Source of the DNA: Eledone cirrhosa | Taxonomy: Eukaryota | NCBI GenBank assembly: GCA_964016885.1 | Contig: OZ024746.1 | Coordinates: 42,160,001 to 42,224,000, forward strand | DNA: 64,000 nucleotides | Direction of reading: 5' to 3' | In this document: one piece after another, positions 12,671 through 25,808 of the stretch | Layout: each line of letters begins with the position of its first letter | Numbering within the stretch: position 1 is the stretch's first letter | Notes under the pieces: model-generated | Database searches by the model: none | Told to the model about the DNA's origin: nothing | Seen by the model: only the letters and a program-made list of their open reading frames with translations | Translations under genes and position numbers: made by a program

Positions 12671-13789
12671 CCATACATACAAACTTACATACTTACATAC
12701 ATGCACGCATACATACATACGTACATACATTCATGCATACATACATACAGACTACAAATGACCACAATATCTAGCAGCTTCAAAATTTGCAAAACATTCT
12801 TGCGATTCAAGGGATGACAATTTCTATTCTTTTATAACCTTGCCACCAGGAAGGTGGCCGGTCAAAAATGTACTCAAAATTAAAAGAAAGAGAAAACATA
12901 CATACATTCATACATACAAACCATGCTATGCTATACATACATGCATATATACATAGATCCATATATTACTCAAACCATATAAACATGAGGTAATGGGGAA
13001 AAAATAATCCTTTTGATCCTCTGGGAATGGCAGGCAAAATTAACAAATGCTATAGAATTTATTACAGAAAATTTTTCTTATTCATTTAAATCCGTACTTA
13101 CAATACAAAGGAGTTTTATGTAAGGTGAATAGAGAATGAAGTATATTTATACAAAAGCTTATAACTCTGAAAAAAAATCCTTCCATATTTCATACTTGCA
13201 CAAATATTCTGTAATTTAGAAGAAAATTAAACAAAAGAATAAGAAAAAAATCCTGTAGTTTTTACTATCTTATTAAATTTACAGCCCCATATATTAGTTT
13301 CATTGACTCATGTCTGATTTTATGTAACTTGATTTCTAGCGAGAATTTTAATCATGTAAATTGTCATCTAATTTTTATGGAAATTATTTACTTTTTTTAT
13401 TTCCAACCCAAGAAATTAATCATTAAACAAATTCATTTTCTAAAGTGTTATGACAAGTCAGGGGAAAGTAATGGCAACTAGCAATTTAATTGACATATGC
13501 TTGAGGTGACTTTAGTTTGAGGTTCTTTTTATTGTCCATCTTAGGTGAACTATTACTCTTGTAACTCATCACAATAGTTTCTTTGAACATATACACTTAT
13601 GTCAGGCTGATGAAATATGTTTTCTTCTGTTTTCAGTTTTAGTTAAAAGAAGAAGAAAATATTAGAGGTGGAAGATTTCAATGCATATTTTAAAAATTAA
13701 TTATTTTTCTTCTGCCACTTGTCTAACTATGAAGCAAATAGTGTTGTTTAGCGATTCAAGTTGTGATGAGAAATAGATACAGACAGTTG

Positions 13790-14130
13790 TAGGTCCCCTT
13801 CAGTCATGAATGACCAAGATTTTGCACCTAGAAATTCCCCTCTGAGGCACAATCCTGTGCAATGTGTGTTTGTGGAAGACCAGTCCTTAGTTGCCCATGC
13901 ATGCCAGTCTCCTCATGCCCATGCATGCCAGTATCCACCGATGTTGTCCAAGGGAAAGGCACTGGCCAATACAACTTGGCACCAGTGATGTCGCAATTCA
14001 CAAGTGAACTGGAGCAATGTGAAATAAAGTGTTTCGTTCAAGAACACAACACACTGCCGAGTCCAGGATTCTAATTTGTATCCTTATGATTCTGAACTCA
14101 ATGCTCTAACAACTAAGCCACGTGCCTTCA
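13790..14130 (-). mobile_element. tRNA-derived SINE with the same head as 5681 and a different 3' body
   Basis: Minus strand reads GAAGGCACGTGGCTTAG...CACTTTATTTCACATTGCTCCAG. Confidence 0.75.
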
Positions 14131-14800
14131 TATGAAAAAGTAAGAGTTACATAAATGAAAAGATTAGAATGTTCCTACACTAACTAGAAGATTGTGCCAA
14201 TTCTGGGAGGAAAATTTCTTAATAATGAATTTCAAGAAAAAATAAAGAAAGAATATGATGGCATATAAAATGATTGTTGACTAATTACATAAACCTAGAA
14301 TTTTCTCAGCGAACATATTCTGACTTTGAGCAGCTCCTATAAAAACTTTGTTTATACCACATACCGAAATCTTTCAGAATATAAAGATATAAATTATCTT
14401 CTTTTAAATCCACTAAAATAATTATATTTTAATTAGACAAGAGCACAAAAATTTAAAGAGATCTCATCTATTTATCGTTTTTAGGTCTTGGAGGACATGT
14501 AAATTTTAAGTTTAGTTTTAATCCTTTAGCAATTACATTACTCTATATTTACTATTATATCTTCATGGTAATGGCTTTATCTTTACATAATTATCTCACA
14601 TAATATCGAATCTATGAGATTTTGATATTATTTATTTTGTGAACAATAACTTAACATCAGTATGAGCAGCCAGTTACAGCTGGTTTCAACAGAAAGAGGT
14701 GAGAAAATTCTGGCTGGATATGGCCGGTTTAAAGACTAAAGGGTTGAAGAAAGAAATATGTTACATTTTCAAGACAATTAGAAAAGAAAACTATACTAAT

Positions 14801-16292
14801 CATCATCATCATCATCATCATCACCGTTTTACGTCCGTTCTTCCACGCTAGCATGGGTTAGACGGGTTGTCCTGTTGTGGGCAGTGTCTGGTCGGCTGAC
14901 CATGCCTTGCTCATACAGGAACTGATCTGGCTTGATTTCTACAGCTGGATGCCCTTCCTAACACCAACCTCATTTACAGTGAGTGCTGGGTGCTTTTTCG
15001 TGGCGCCTACACGTCCACTTTACAGTGTGGGCTGGGTGCTTTTTTGCCGTGGCACCTCCACGGCCACCTTGCGGTGGGGGGGGGGGGCATATTGTTTATA
15101 TGCTTCAGCATGTACCCATGGGAGGTCGGGTACCCTGTATTACTGCGTGACGCCAGAAGTCACGGTCGTGTGTCATTGACTTTGAGAGGTGTAGTTGGGT
15201 AAGGTCGGCTTTTATCACCTCATCCCAAGTCATCTTGGGTCTCCCCACTCCGCGGTTTCCATCAACTTCTAGTGCTCTGCACCTTTTTATGCAGCTGTCA
15301 TCCTTCATACGCATCACATGTCCATACCAGCGTAACCGCCTCTCCTGCACGCAGCATTTGATTCCTCTTATGCTCAGTCTCTCTCTCAATTCCTTTATGC
15401 TTTGTCGTTCACGTATATTACTGTTACACATCCATCGGAGCATGCAGGCTTCGTTTCTCTCTAATCTACGTAAGTCTTCCACCTTCAGCGCCCAGGTCTC
15501 ACTACCATGCAACATCGCTGTTCGGATACACGCATCATACAGTCTGCCTTTCATTCTGAGGGAGAAGCCTTTTGCAGCTAGCAGTGGTAGTAGTTCCCTA
15601 AACTTCTTCCATCCCGTTCTTACCCTAGTTATTGTACTTTCTGAGCACCCACCTCCGTTGCTAATTCGGTCACCTAGGTAGCAGAAGCTGTCTACTGTTT
15701 CTACAGGGCCCTCCCAGAGATTGGTGGTACTTGTTTCCTGTGGCTGTTTGCTTGCTGTTTCAGCACAGCTGCTGCATGTGAATCCTACATTCTTAATTAA
15801 GCTTCCTGAGATCCCGCTACATCTCTTGTGTACCCATTGTTTGCATTTGGGGCAGAGAATGGAGTTCCTACCTACACCTTTCCTACATACTGAGCAAGGC
15901 CATTTCCCTGAGGGGATCTGGGTTCTGTTTTCTCGTCTACTTACAAGGACCTTAGTCTTTGTCATGTTGACTTTGAGGCCCTTTCTCTCTAGTCCCTGCT
16001 TCCAGGTTTGGAATTTATTCTCTAGTTCTACCATAGATTCAGCTATGAGTGCGAGGTCATCGGCATACAGGAGTTCCCATGGGCATCCGGTCTTAAACTC
16101 CTCCGTTATTGCCTGCAGGACTATGATGAACAGGAGAGGGCTAAGAACAGAGCCCTGGTGGACCCCAACCTGTACGCTAAATTCCTCGCTATACTCATTG
16201 CCAATCCTAACTTTGCTGACTGCTCCCCTATACATGGCTTGTACCGCTTTCACAAGCCATTCATCTACTCCTAGTTTTCTAAGAGCCCACCA
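14801..16292 (-). mobile_element. Young RTE LINE subfamily A, 5'-truncated; open RT ORF (15105-16253) with inserted PHD finger
   Basis: GVHQGSVLSPLLF, LLYADDL, GLKVNMTKTK, YLGD and RRLRWYGHVMRM. Short TSD ACTAAT at 14795-14800 and 16292-16297. Confidence 0.96.
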
Positions 16293-16629
16293 CTAATATA
16301 TAATATATACATACACACAATAATGTGATTTTACTCTGTAACGTAGTTCTACACTGTAACATGGTTGGTGTCAGGATGAGTAATCAGCTGTAGAAACCAT
16401 GCCAAAATACATGAGGAAGACATGGTCCATGTAAGCATTGAAAAATAGACAGTAACAATGATGATGGTGATGATGATGATGATGACAATGATAATGAGGA
16501 TGACATCAAAATAGCCATAATATGCAACACTACATTAAGATAATATTACTATAGTACATGATATCATACCGTGTTTCACAATTTATCATGAAAACTATAT
16601 TATATACAAAATAGTCCAAATAGTGGTTA

Positions 16630-16922
16630 CCAAATGTTTCTTTTCTTTTACTCATAGTGCTTGCTCTGATCGATCGACAAGATCCCAGGCCACATCTGCT
16701 TGCCAAGTATGATGGACCTAAACAAATCAGAGCAAGGAAACAATTTTTTTCATTGGTTTTTCCATTGGTGATACTATCTAAACATCGCAACTCCTAGCAG
16801 AAAGAGCAGCATGAAATAAAGTGTCTTGCTCAAGGACATCAATGCATCACCTGGACCAAGAATTGAACTCACAACCTCATGATTGCAAATCCAACTCTCT
16901 AACCACTAAGACATGCACCTTC
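16630..16922 (-). mobile_element. tRNA-derived SINE with the same head and a third 3' body
   Basis: Minus strand reads GAAGGTGCATGTCTTAGTGGTTAGAG...GTGAGTTCAATTC...TCCTTGAGCAAGACACTTTATTTC. Confidence 0.75.
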
Positions 16923-17405
16923 ACTCATAGTGCACTTTGGAGCAAATATGTATGTATATTTGATATATTTTGTAAGTACAGTATTTAAAAAATATATATT
17001 TAAAAAGCATTTATATATGTAAGCCTATAAATATAAATAATTTAAACTACAGAAAATTATGAGGTACTTACTTTTTTTATTCAATAAATATAGCATAATT
17101 ATCTAAATGATATATTTAGAATTTCAGACTGGATTTTCACATTTTAAAAAATCTAATTTTGTTTTACAGTACTCCAGTATTCTGCAGTGCAATGGTTGGA
17201 AGCTTTATAGAAATGTGTAAAACTAGAATGAATTTGGTTTTTATGATACTCATAACAAGCATTGCTACAGATAGGTATAGTCATTTTCTAAATGTAATGC
17301 CTGTTATATGACATGTTACATTCTCTTACGATTGTTGGACAAAATTTGAACTGGCAAACCATCACTGGAAATTTAGTTTAATAATAATGTTATATTAACT
17401 ATTTA

Positions 17406-17407
<2 letters not shown>

Positions 17408-17436
<29 letters not shown>

Positions 17437-18680
17437 CTTCTTCTTCTTCTTCTTCTTCTTCTTCTTCCAACAGGACCTGACAGAAGCAACTGTCTCCAAT
17501 TGAACTGGCTGAATCTCCAAGTTATGCACCCTATCGAGTAACGTTACTTTGGAGGAACCCCAATTTTTCAACTTGCCTTTACGATTATATTCATTCAGTC
17601 ATTATCCAAGATTCATAAGTATAGGTAAGGGTTGGCATGAATACCAAATTGAAGATACCGAGTTTGGGTTTTACATGTACCTTTCTTTTTCTGATTACCA
17701 AATGCTGAAATTGGCGCATTACTGCACCAGCTCCTGCAAATCTTTCACTTATTTCAGCCACTTGCTTTCAATCACTCTTGAACACAGCCCTAAGATACTT
17801 GAACTTCTCCACCAGCTTTAGTAGAAATCCACTCACAATCTCCCTGCTAGACATTTAACATAGACCTTAATTGGATGGTTTAATACAGAGATCCCTCTAT
17901 AATTGGAGCAATCTCTCTTGTCTCCCTTGGTATATCACCTCTGATTGTCATTGCTTTGGTGCCTTTCCAGAAATCCAGATCACTCAGCACACTCGAGTCA
18001 GCCAGAGAATATCTTCCCTATTTAAGGCTTTTAACATCTTGGTCGAAATTTCATTCTCTCCAGAGGCCTTGCCATATTTGAGCTCTTTAATTGCTCTTGA
18101 GACCTCAGCTTCCAAAAGACTAGTCATTGCTTCCAGAAGCACATTGTGTATATCAGAATATGCTGTTGTGGTTGGGTTTAGGAGATCAGCAAAGTATGCT
18201 ACCCATCTCACAAAGATGCACTTCTCTGAAGAGAAGAAAACCCCAGACACATTCCTGATAGCAGATGAGGAGGAGGACTTCTGTTGGCAGATGTTTACCA
18301 GTACACTTTATTTGCTGTTCTGAAGTTGGATTCCAGCTTAACCCCAAAGTTCTCCCATGTCTTAACTTTGAATGCCTTTACTGTCTCTGCTTCGACTTTT
18401 CACACCTACTTATACCACAAATTCAAGAAAGAGGACCTATTTTTAAGCCCAGTTTTGTAAGCCTTCTTTTTTTGCTTGGCTGGCTTCTTTGACCACTTGA
18501 TTAAACTTTCGTCTGCAGCATCAAACTGCTGAGGCTAAAAATGACGATTTAAACAGTCTCCCCTCCATTTCAACATCCTCTGTTTGCTCAGGGATTTCTC
18601 TGAATTCAGATGCAATAGTATCCACACACGTGTCCTCACTTCCCTATCTGCCAAAGCTTTCCACTTAATCCTGTAGGTTG
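17408..18680 (-). mobile_element. Degraded Expander/Rex3-like RTE LINE with long (GAA)n tail
   Basis: ORF 17984-18250: RWVAYFADLLNP...EVSRAIKELKYGKASGENEISTKMLKAL...WLTRVC. (CTT)n at 17408-17467. Confidence 0.75.
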
Positions 18681-19699
18681 ACCTATTTTTAAATTTTAGT
18701 AAAACTATGAAATCAAGAAAAAAAATGCAACTAAATTATAATGTAAGTCTGAAATGTCAGCATTGTATTTGTGGAACAAAGGAGGTAGTTATAGCAAATA
18801 TCTTTGAAATGAATATATATCAATAAATTCAAATGAATACTTAAATTTATTCACATAAATTTCCTAAGTGTATGAGAAAAGAAATATATAAAAATGACAA
18901 TTTTGTTTTATTGTATCATTATTTTCTAATCTAGTCATTCTAATTGATTTTAGACAGTATTTTTCCTATGTGATTTCTTCACTCAGCATTCATTACTGCA
19001 TTCTCACTACACATCTAATTCACTTCATTTCTTACTTATGTTTTGAGTAGGAATTCCAATAACTAGCTGATACTGTATAGGTGTAGAACACACGATAGGC
19101 AATTTTTACTCTTCTTTTATTTTTAATTTTCCTTACTCTCTGGTAAAAGAGACTTGAGCTGAACACCAGCAAAATTCAAAATCACGAATTCCTGTATAGC
19201 TGATCATCTTTTGAACCCAGCACGTTATATTTGGTTGAATCTTTCTTGAATGATTGACTTTCATTCCATGGCCATCACATCATATGTTGACCAAGGCTTT
19301 AGAAAAAGGGGTGCCAGTTAAACATTTGAAGGTAAACTTGATTAGTGTATTAGAAAGGGATGCATGCATAGAACTTTGTTTCCTCACTTTGGCATGGATG
19401 GGTGTTTCACAAAGTCCGTCTATGGTCTGAGTGAAGAATCTTGACATAGACTTCTATTGACATTAAAGAACTGGTTTTGAAGCTGCAGTAAACATTAGCA
19501 TGGATGTTTTGTTCTCAACAACTGATTTGTGAGATTGTAAAAATGGAATTCAAGAACATATGACAGAAACCTGATCCAATTCTTGGAGCAGAACCTGATG
19601 AAGACAAAAATGAGAAGTTTAAAATTTGAAAGAGAATTAAATGAACAGGATTGGACTATAAAATTAGAGTATAAATCTTTCCATATGTTGAAAGCATCA

Positions 19700-20310
19700 T
19701 ATAAACATACTTTATTTATGGAGCAGAAATGATATGGTTTAATGACAGCATAGGGTATTTCCTTTTTATTTTTTAATCTATATAACCTTATTGACTTATA
19801 TCAGATAAATTAAATGAATATAAACTAGAGTATGTCTTCAAATACTTGATCCACCAAAAGATATGAAATTAGATGAGAACCTACTTAAAACATTGGTAAT
19901 AAACTTAGGCTAAGCCTGGAAAACTTTTAAGAAAAATAAAGAACTTTTAATCTCAAAATAGATCCCACTTTATATCGAATGTAAAATTTATAACTCACAT
20001 GTTCTACCTGTCGTCCTTTATGATCTTGAATGTATGAACTGGACCTCATCCATGATTACTAAAATTAAGACCTTTCAAAACCATAATATGCAGTTTATAA
20101 CAAACCAGAGCGACTTGGCAAAATAAAAATTGTGGATCTACTAGAAGCTGCTAAACTAGTTCTTATAATGTGCACCATCAAATGCAAACTTTGGAAGATC
20201 TTTGATAGTGTAAAACTAAATGAAGCCATGCAAAATAGGACATTTTGGAAGGAACTAAGTCATTTTAGGGCACCATCTAACTCAGGTGAAGATAACAGTG
20301 AATGACAGAT
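19700..20310 (+). mobile_element. Highly degraded RTE-like LINE C-terminal region
   Basis: CKIYNSHVLPVVLYDLECMNW resembles the RTE motif K.Y...V.P.LLYG.ETW. Confidence 0.5.
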
Positions 20311-21339
20311 AATGATTTATTATAGCCACATGGACAGAAGTTATAATTTACCATAAATCAAAACATATATGTGTAGCAATATATGAAATCATTGGTAATA
20401 GTGGAGATAAAAAAATATGATCAGTGTGAAATACAATGGATGTGATGTGTTTAGCTAACTTCATAGTTATGAGTTCAGATCCTATTAATATCATTGTGAC
20501 ATGACTGCTTACCTGCAGTTATCTTGACTGATAAAAACAAATACATTCTACACCTGAGTAGTTAGTTGTAGGTCGGAACTCCAGCTGAAAAAAAAAAACA
20601 ATTACTACAAAAGTAAAAAGAAAATAAGAAAATAAATCCCTCCATATATGTTATCCTAGAAAAATGGATGTAAAACAGTAATATAAAATGTGGTCATTTT
20701 CTGTTTGTAAATTAAACTGAACTTAAATATTAAGAAACACAGTGTGAGAAGAGACTTGGATAATGGGACTGTGTAAGGAGAATTGATGGTGCTGAAAAGA
20801 TTGTAAACTGTTGTTAGCAAGCAGAAGATGGGTACCAGAGTTGTAGAATGACTTAACTGAAATATTTCTTTTGGGGAGGATACAACTTGTAAATGTCCAT
20901 TTTTCAGTATATAATTTTCAATACGTTTATGAAAGGATTTCACTATTATTTGTTTGTATTAGTTCCCTGTAGAGTGAAGTCAAGAAAGGTACTCAAAGCA
21001 AACTAGATTTGATTGGATTAACAAGAAAGTTGTGGCTAAAGGAAGAAATTTCCAAGTGTAAGTATCAGTTGGAAAGAGGCAGCTTTGTCTGCACCATGCC
21101 AGAAGAGACAAATGAATATCATAAAAATGATTGATGATGATGATTATAATTATATTATTGAATATGATGTACTATTACTTTGAAATATGAAGTTTTTATC
21201 TTGTCATCCTTATCCATATAAATGTGCTAAATCATATATGTGTATCTACATTCATCAAAGGCTAGATAGATATATATAAAGGGCAGAGTTATGTTTATTA
21301 AAAAAGTGATTTCACACACACACACACACACATATATAT

Positions 21340-21600
21340 ATGTAAAAGGTAAACAGAAATAGCAACACAATGGAAGGGATATATTAGGTTAACGTTTGAT
21401 ATAGCAGGAAGAGGGTCTTAACATTTTGGATGCTAGTCCTTCATCAGAAGAAAGAATGAGAAATAAGATAGATTGAAGCGACGGGCAGGATGGAATTGGA
21501 AAAAATGTCTTTAGATAAAAATAACAGGTCCATTCATTTTGACATCTCTTGCAAAACTGTTGGTGCTGGCGTTAACAGTTCTAGTCCTTAAAAGCCATTT
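21340..21600 (-). mobile_element. PLE pseudo-LTR-like repeat with a decayed hammerhead
   Basis: 3' end homologous to 27882-27965 and 25545-25612. Ends at (TA)n. Confidence 0.65.
21416..21451 (-). ncRNA. Minimal type I hammerhead ribozyme, mutated
   Basis: Minus strand TCTT-CTGATGA-AGGAC-TAGC-ATCC-AAAAT-GTT-AAGA. GAAAC to AAAAT is explainable by CpG decay. Confidence 0.6.
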
Positions 21601-22375
21601 CTGTTTGTCTATGTGCGTGTGTGTGTGTGCATAATATTCTAGCAATTTAGTGTCTAATCATATTGATTATTTTGTTGTCTCTAACTGAGAACTATATATT
21701 CAACACATATTAAAACTATGTGTAAATGCAGATGTGAAAGACATGGAAGAATGAAAACACACAAAATAGTAGGAAATACATTGTCATCATTATCATCATA
21801 TTCCTTATAGGTTTCCATGCTTGCAGGGGCTGGACAGGTCATCTCCAATACAACTTATGCAGTCCTTTGTATGTTTCAGCCTCTAAAGATCAGCCTTTAT
21901 CACTTTTACCTATAACTTTCTCAGTTTATCTCTTCTGAAAATCCTCTCACATGAATCATTTAGAACTTTTTCACTCAAATCTCAATCTTCATACATATTA
22001 TATATATCCATACCATAACAGTCTATACTAGAGGTCTCAAACTCAGGGATTCAGGAGGGTCATTACATCCTGAGAGAGAGGCACAGGGAGTCAAAAGAAG
22101 AATGAGGAAGGGTGTGGGATTTCCACCTGCTATTATGCCGTCTTGATTGCCTTTGAGTCAAAGACATTTTTTCTTTTGTTTTTTTATCTGCTTTCTCTCC
22201 TTATAGCCTCTTGGATTGTGTTTACTATTATCCCTTTATTATATAACTATTGTGCAATATACACCCGATTATGTCACCAGGATCTTATGTAACCTGGCCA
22301 CTAAAATGTATATAGCGTTTGCTGAAATGAATCTTTGAAGGAATTTCACCAGTCTGGCCTCCTGTCATTTTATTC

Positions 22376-22420
<45 letters not shown>

Positions 22421-23646
22421 CATATATGTATGTATGTATGAATGTATGTATGTAGAAAAATTTTGTTTCATTCTTCATGACTCTTTAGTTCTGTCATGAA
22501 CATGTCAGTCACTCTAATCTGGATACTACGATAAAATAAGCCTGGTACACTCTGTAATATGGTTGGTGTTCAGAAGGGCATCTAGAAATAAAAAGCATGC
22601 CAAAAATGGAATGCGTGAGCAAGGCATGGTCCCCCAATCTGTCTAAGAGGTCAGTAACTATAAATAGAAAATGACTCTTTGGTTTCATATGTGGTTCAGA
22701 ATAAAAAGAATCACACATGAAACAATTGTCATGATACTGATGAAGATGATGATGATGAATATCATCTGCATTCAATGGAGGTAGGAAAAACGTGAACAGC
22801 AGAAATTATTGAGGGATGCAGTTCTCAGAAAGAATGTTTGGATAAAAATGTTTACTACAGAACTGAAACACAGTTAAAGTGAAAAGAAGCTTCATCTAAA
22901 AAATATGTTCTAACACATCATATATATTTAGGTATTCCTTAAAAAAAGAAAAACATTTTAAAGTGAAATCTGTGCCAGAGGCTAAGGGAATCTAGAAATC
23001 ATATATTCATATTTTGTAGAAAGTTTATTATGAAGTAAAATCTGGACCAAATATGTATATTTATACTTAATTTGTTTTAAAGTCATAAAGAAATTTTCAT
23101 ATCTTTAAAAAATATTTTTTTATAATGAAATTAATTTGAGAGTTAATATCTACTTTTCTCTTGAGTATCAACTTTTTTACCTAATCCTCCATTTCCTCAA
23201 TATAATTTGCACACAGAAATAACTTCTACAATTCTTTCAGTTCAGCAAAGGAATTACTTCCTCACCCCTGATGTCAATCTCCAGGGTAGGTCTTCTCTTC
23301 TATCAGAATTCCCTCTCCTTTCATTACCTACTGTTGTATGTATGTGATTTCACATAAAATCTCTCCACACTTGCATTTACCACACATTATTTATTATTTT
23401 TGTTGTTCTTGATGATGATGATGATGTATACTCCAATTACTGTTTCTGTTTTTACTACATCCCCACTACCACTATATGTTCTCAAATATCTCTCATTTAC
23501 TTTTCACATAAAATTGGCTTCTTTTATTTTTACTTTTATATATATTCTCTTTCTTTCATTTTCTGACACACACACATACACACACTGAGAGAACAAACAT
23601 TGACACAGCCATACAGGCACCCCCTTACACATACACGCACACACAC

Positions 23647-23683
<37 letters not shown>

Positions 23684-23829
23684 TGAAACCCCTTCTCCTG
23701 ACACAATGATCACAGAAAAGTATTTTGAAATAATGGAAATGTGTGTGGTCAATAAAACAAGGCACAATTGCACAAACATGTGCTAGGGCTTACCCTCCCC
23801 ATACATATATACATGGGGTTAATATATAT

Positions 23830-24762
23830 CATCATCATCATCATCATCATCGTTTAACGTCCATATTCCACACTTGCATGGGTTTGGGCGGGAGTTTTCC
23901 CACTTGAGGCAAGATTGGTTGTCCTGCTCGTATAGGACTGTCTGGCGGGTTTTCTACGGCTGGATGCCCTTCCTAACACCAACCACGTTTACAGTGTGGA
24001 CTGGGAAGTTTTTACTGTGTTACCTACATGGCCACATTACAGCGTGGACTGTGTTTTTTTTTTTTTTTGTCGTGACACCTGCACAACCTCATTTGTTTTG
24101 GACTGGATGTTGTGGTACCAACATAACTTCACATTTAAGGGGGTGGTGTGGATGGGGTGGGGGTAGTGGGACGGGGGTGTATTTTGTTAGAGGTGCCTAC
24201 TGACTGTAGGTTTCGCTTTGTACTTAGGCAAGGTGGGTCTTCTGTACAACTGTGTAGCGCCAAAGCTCTCGGTCCAGTGACATTGTCTTGGAGAAGTGTA
24301 AGTGTGTGAGGTCAGAATTTATCAAGTCGTCCCAGGTTTTTCTGGGTCTGCCTACTCCGTGGCTACCGTCTATTTTTATCGCCCTGCACTTTTTTATACA
24401 GCTGTTGTTTTTCATGCGCATCACGTGACCATACCAACATAGTCTTCTCTCGAGTAAACAACATCTGATCCCTCTTATTCCTAATTTCTCCCTTAGTTCG
24501 TTTATGCTTTGCCGTTCACGTATATTACTATTACACATCCAGTGGAGCATGCAAGCTTCGTTCCTCTTCAGTTTGCGTATATCCTCTGCACACAATGCCC
24601 AGGTCTCACTGCCATGTAACATTGCTGTTCGTATGCAGGCATCATACAGCCTGCCTTTCATTTTTAGAGAGAACCCTTTAGCGGCCAATAGTGGTATAAG
24701 CTCTCTGAACTTTTTCCATCCCATTCTGACTCTAGCTACTGTACTTTCAGAGCACCTTCCAA
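23830..24762 (-). mobile_element. RTE LINE subfamily B, 5'-truncated
   Basis: ORF 24224-24724: GWKKFRELIPLL...HGSETW...YGHVMRM. Confidence 0.93.
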
Positions 24763-24942
24763 CTATTGTACTTTCATATATATATATATATAATAAGGAG
24801 TTGACGGACCCATCATATTTATCAATGCCAGGACCGGTTGTATCTCAGCGTACTCAATAGGTAATGTAGGGTACATTCCCAGAATATACACATAGTTATT
24901 CACTTCAATACAACACACGTAAAACGGGTGCCTATAATAGTT

Positions 24943-25048
24943 CCCGCCGGACTTCAGTTTCGGCCACATTTAATGCAGCAGTAAGGTGCACTGCACCCTT
25001 TGTCTGCATATATTATGCAACAATGCATAATTGGCTTTCATCAGCGGG
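24943..25048 (-). ncRNA. Type I hammerhead ribozyme with branched stem II, inside a (TA)n-flanked element (24790-25125)
   Basis: Minus strand CCCG-CTGATGA-AAGCC...GGCC-GAAAC-TGAA-GTC-CGG. Core boxes intact, GUC triplet. Confidence 0.72.
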
Positions 25049-25121
25049 TATCGCCTAATCAATAACCAATCGATTGACAGAATCCAAACCCCAGCCCATG
25101 CCAGCTATGACTGTTTGTGTA

Positions 25122-25170
<49 letters not shown>

Positions 25171-25173
<3 letters not shown>

Positions 25174-25612
25174 GTGATAACAGATATATGCACAAACTTT
25201 AGACAAAGAAAGAACAGCACATCTATGGATCTGAATTGTATATCTATTGCTTGTAAGCTAACCTTGTAATTGATTACACCACAGACCCTCTGTTAACCCC
25301 TTTCAGTCATATCAGGTACATACATTTACATTTCTGGCATTTAGTTTCATATGTATTCATTTTATGTTTACAAGATAATCAGTCACATTACACTTGGTGT
25401 AATGGCTAAACACACATATGCTTTCTCTCCTCAAAAATTCATTTTCTGTTTCTTTTTCTTCTCATTCTCATCTATCCTCATATTTCTTCTTTTATTTCTC
25501 ATTCAATCTTCTGAAGAAGTACTAATGTCCGAAACGTTAAGATTCTTTTCTTACTATATCAAGCAATAAACCAATATATATCTTATTTGTACTATATCCT
25601 TTTGCATATTAC
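25171..25612 (+). mobile_element. PLE 3'/pseudo-LTR fragment bounded by (TA)n
   Basis: Carries the hammerhead at 25505-25544 and AATAAA at about 25565. 3' end related to 21340-21410. Confidence 0.6.
25505..25544 (+). ncRNA. Minimal type I hammerhead ribozyme
   Basis: AATCTT-CTGAAGA-AGTAC-TAAT-GTCC-GAAAC-GTT-AAGATT: perfect 6-bp stem I and loopless palindromic stem III. Confidence 0.78.
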
Positions 25613-25808
25613 ATATATATATATATATGTGTGTGTGTGTGTATACTATTACATTTAGTGAGATAAAATATTTATATCAAAATTAGATGTAGGTAATGTC
25701 ATATTGTTAGAGATTATATTAGAATTTATATTTATATTATTATTATTTTTTAAGGTATTTATATTATTATTATTATTTAAGGTATAGATATTATAGGTGT
25801 ATTATTTA

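Noticed and set aside
15235-16296. Long + strand ORFs of 148 and 191 aa, repeated at 45901-47019
   Set aside because: Antisense shadows of the LINE RT frame. Their recurrence reflects recent copying, not selection.
17170-17274. IATDR at the end of a candidate exon resembling a GPCR DRY motif
   Set aside because: The Cys-to-DRY spacing does not fit TM3 and no compatible downstream exon stays open.
20973-21057. Exon-like segment with ag/gtaagt boundaries and an open frame
   Set aside because: It runs into a (GAT)n tail at about 21130 and looks more like a decayed LINE 3' end.
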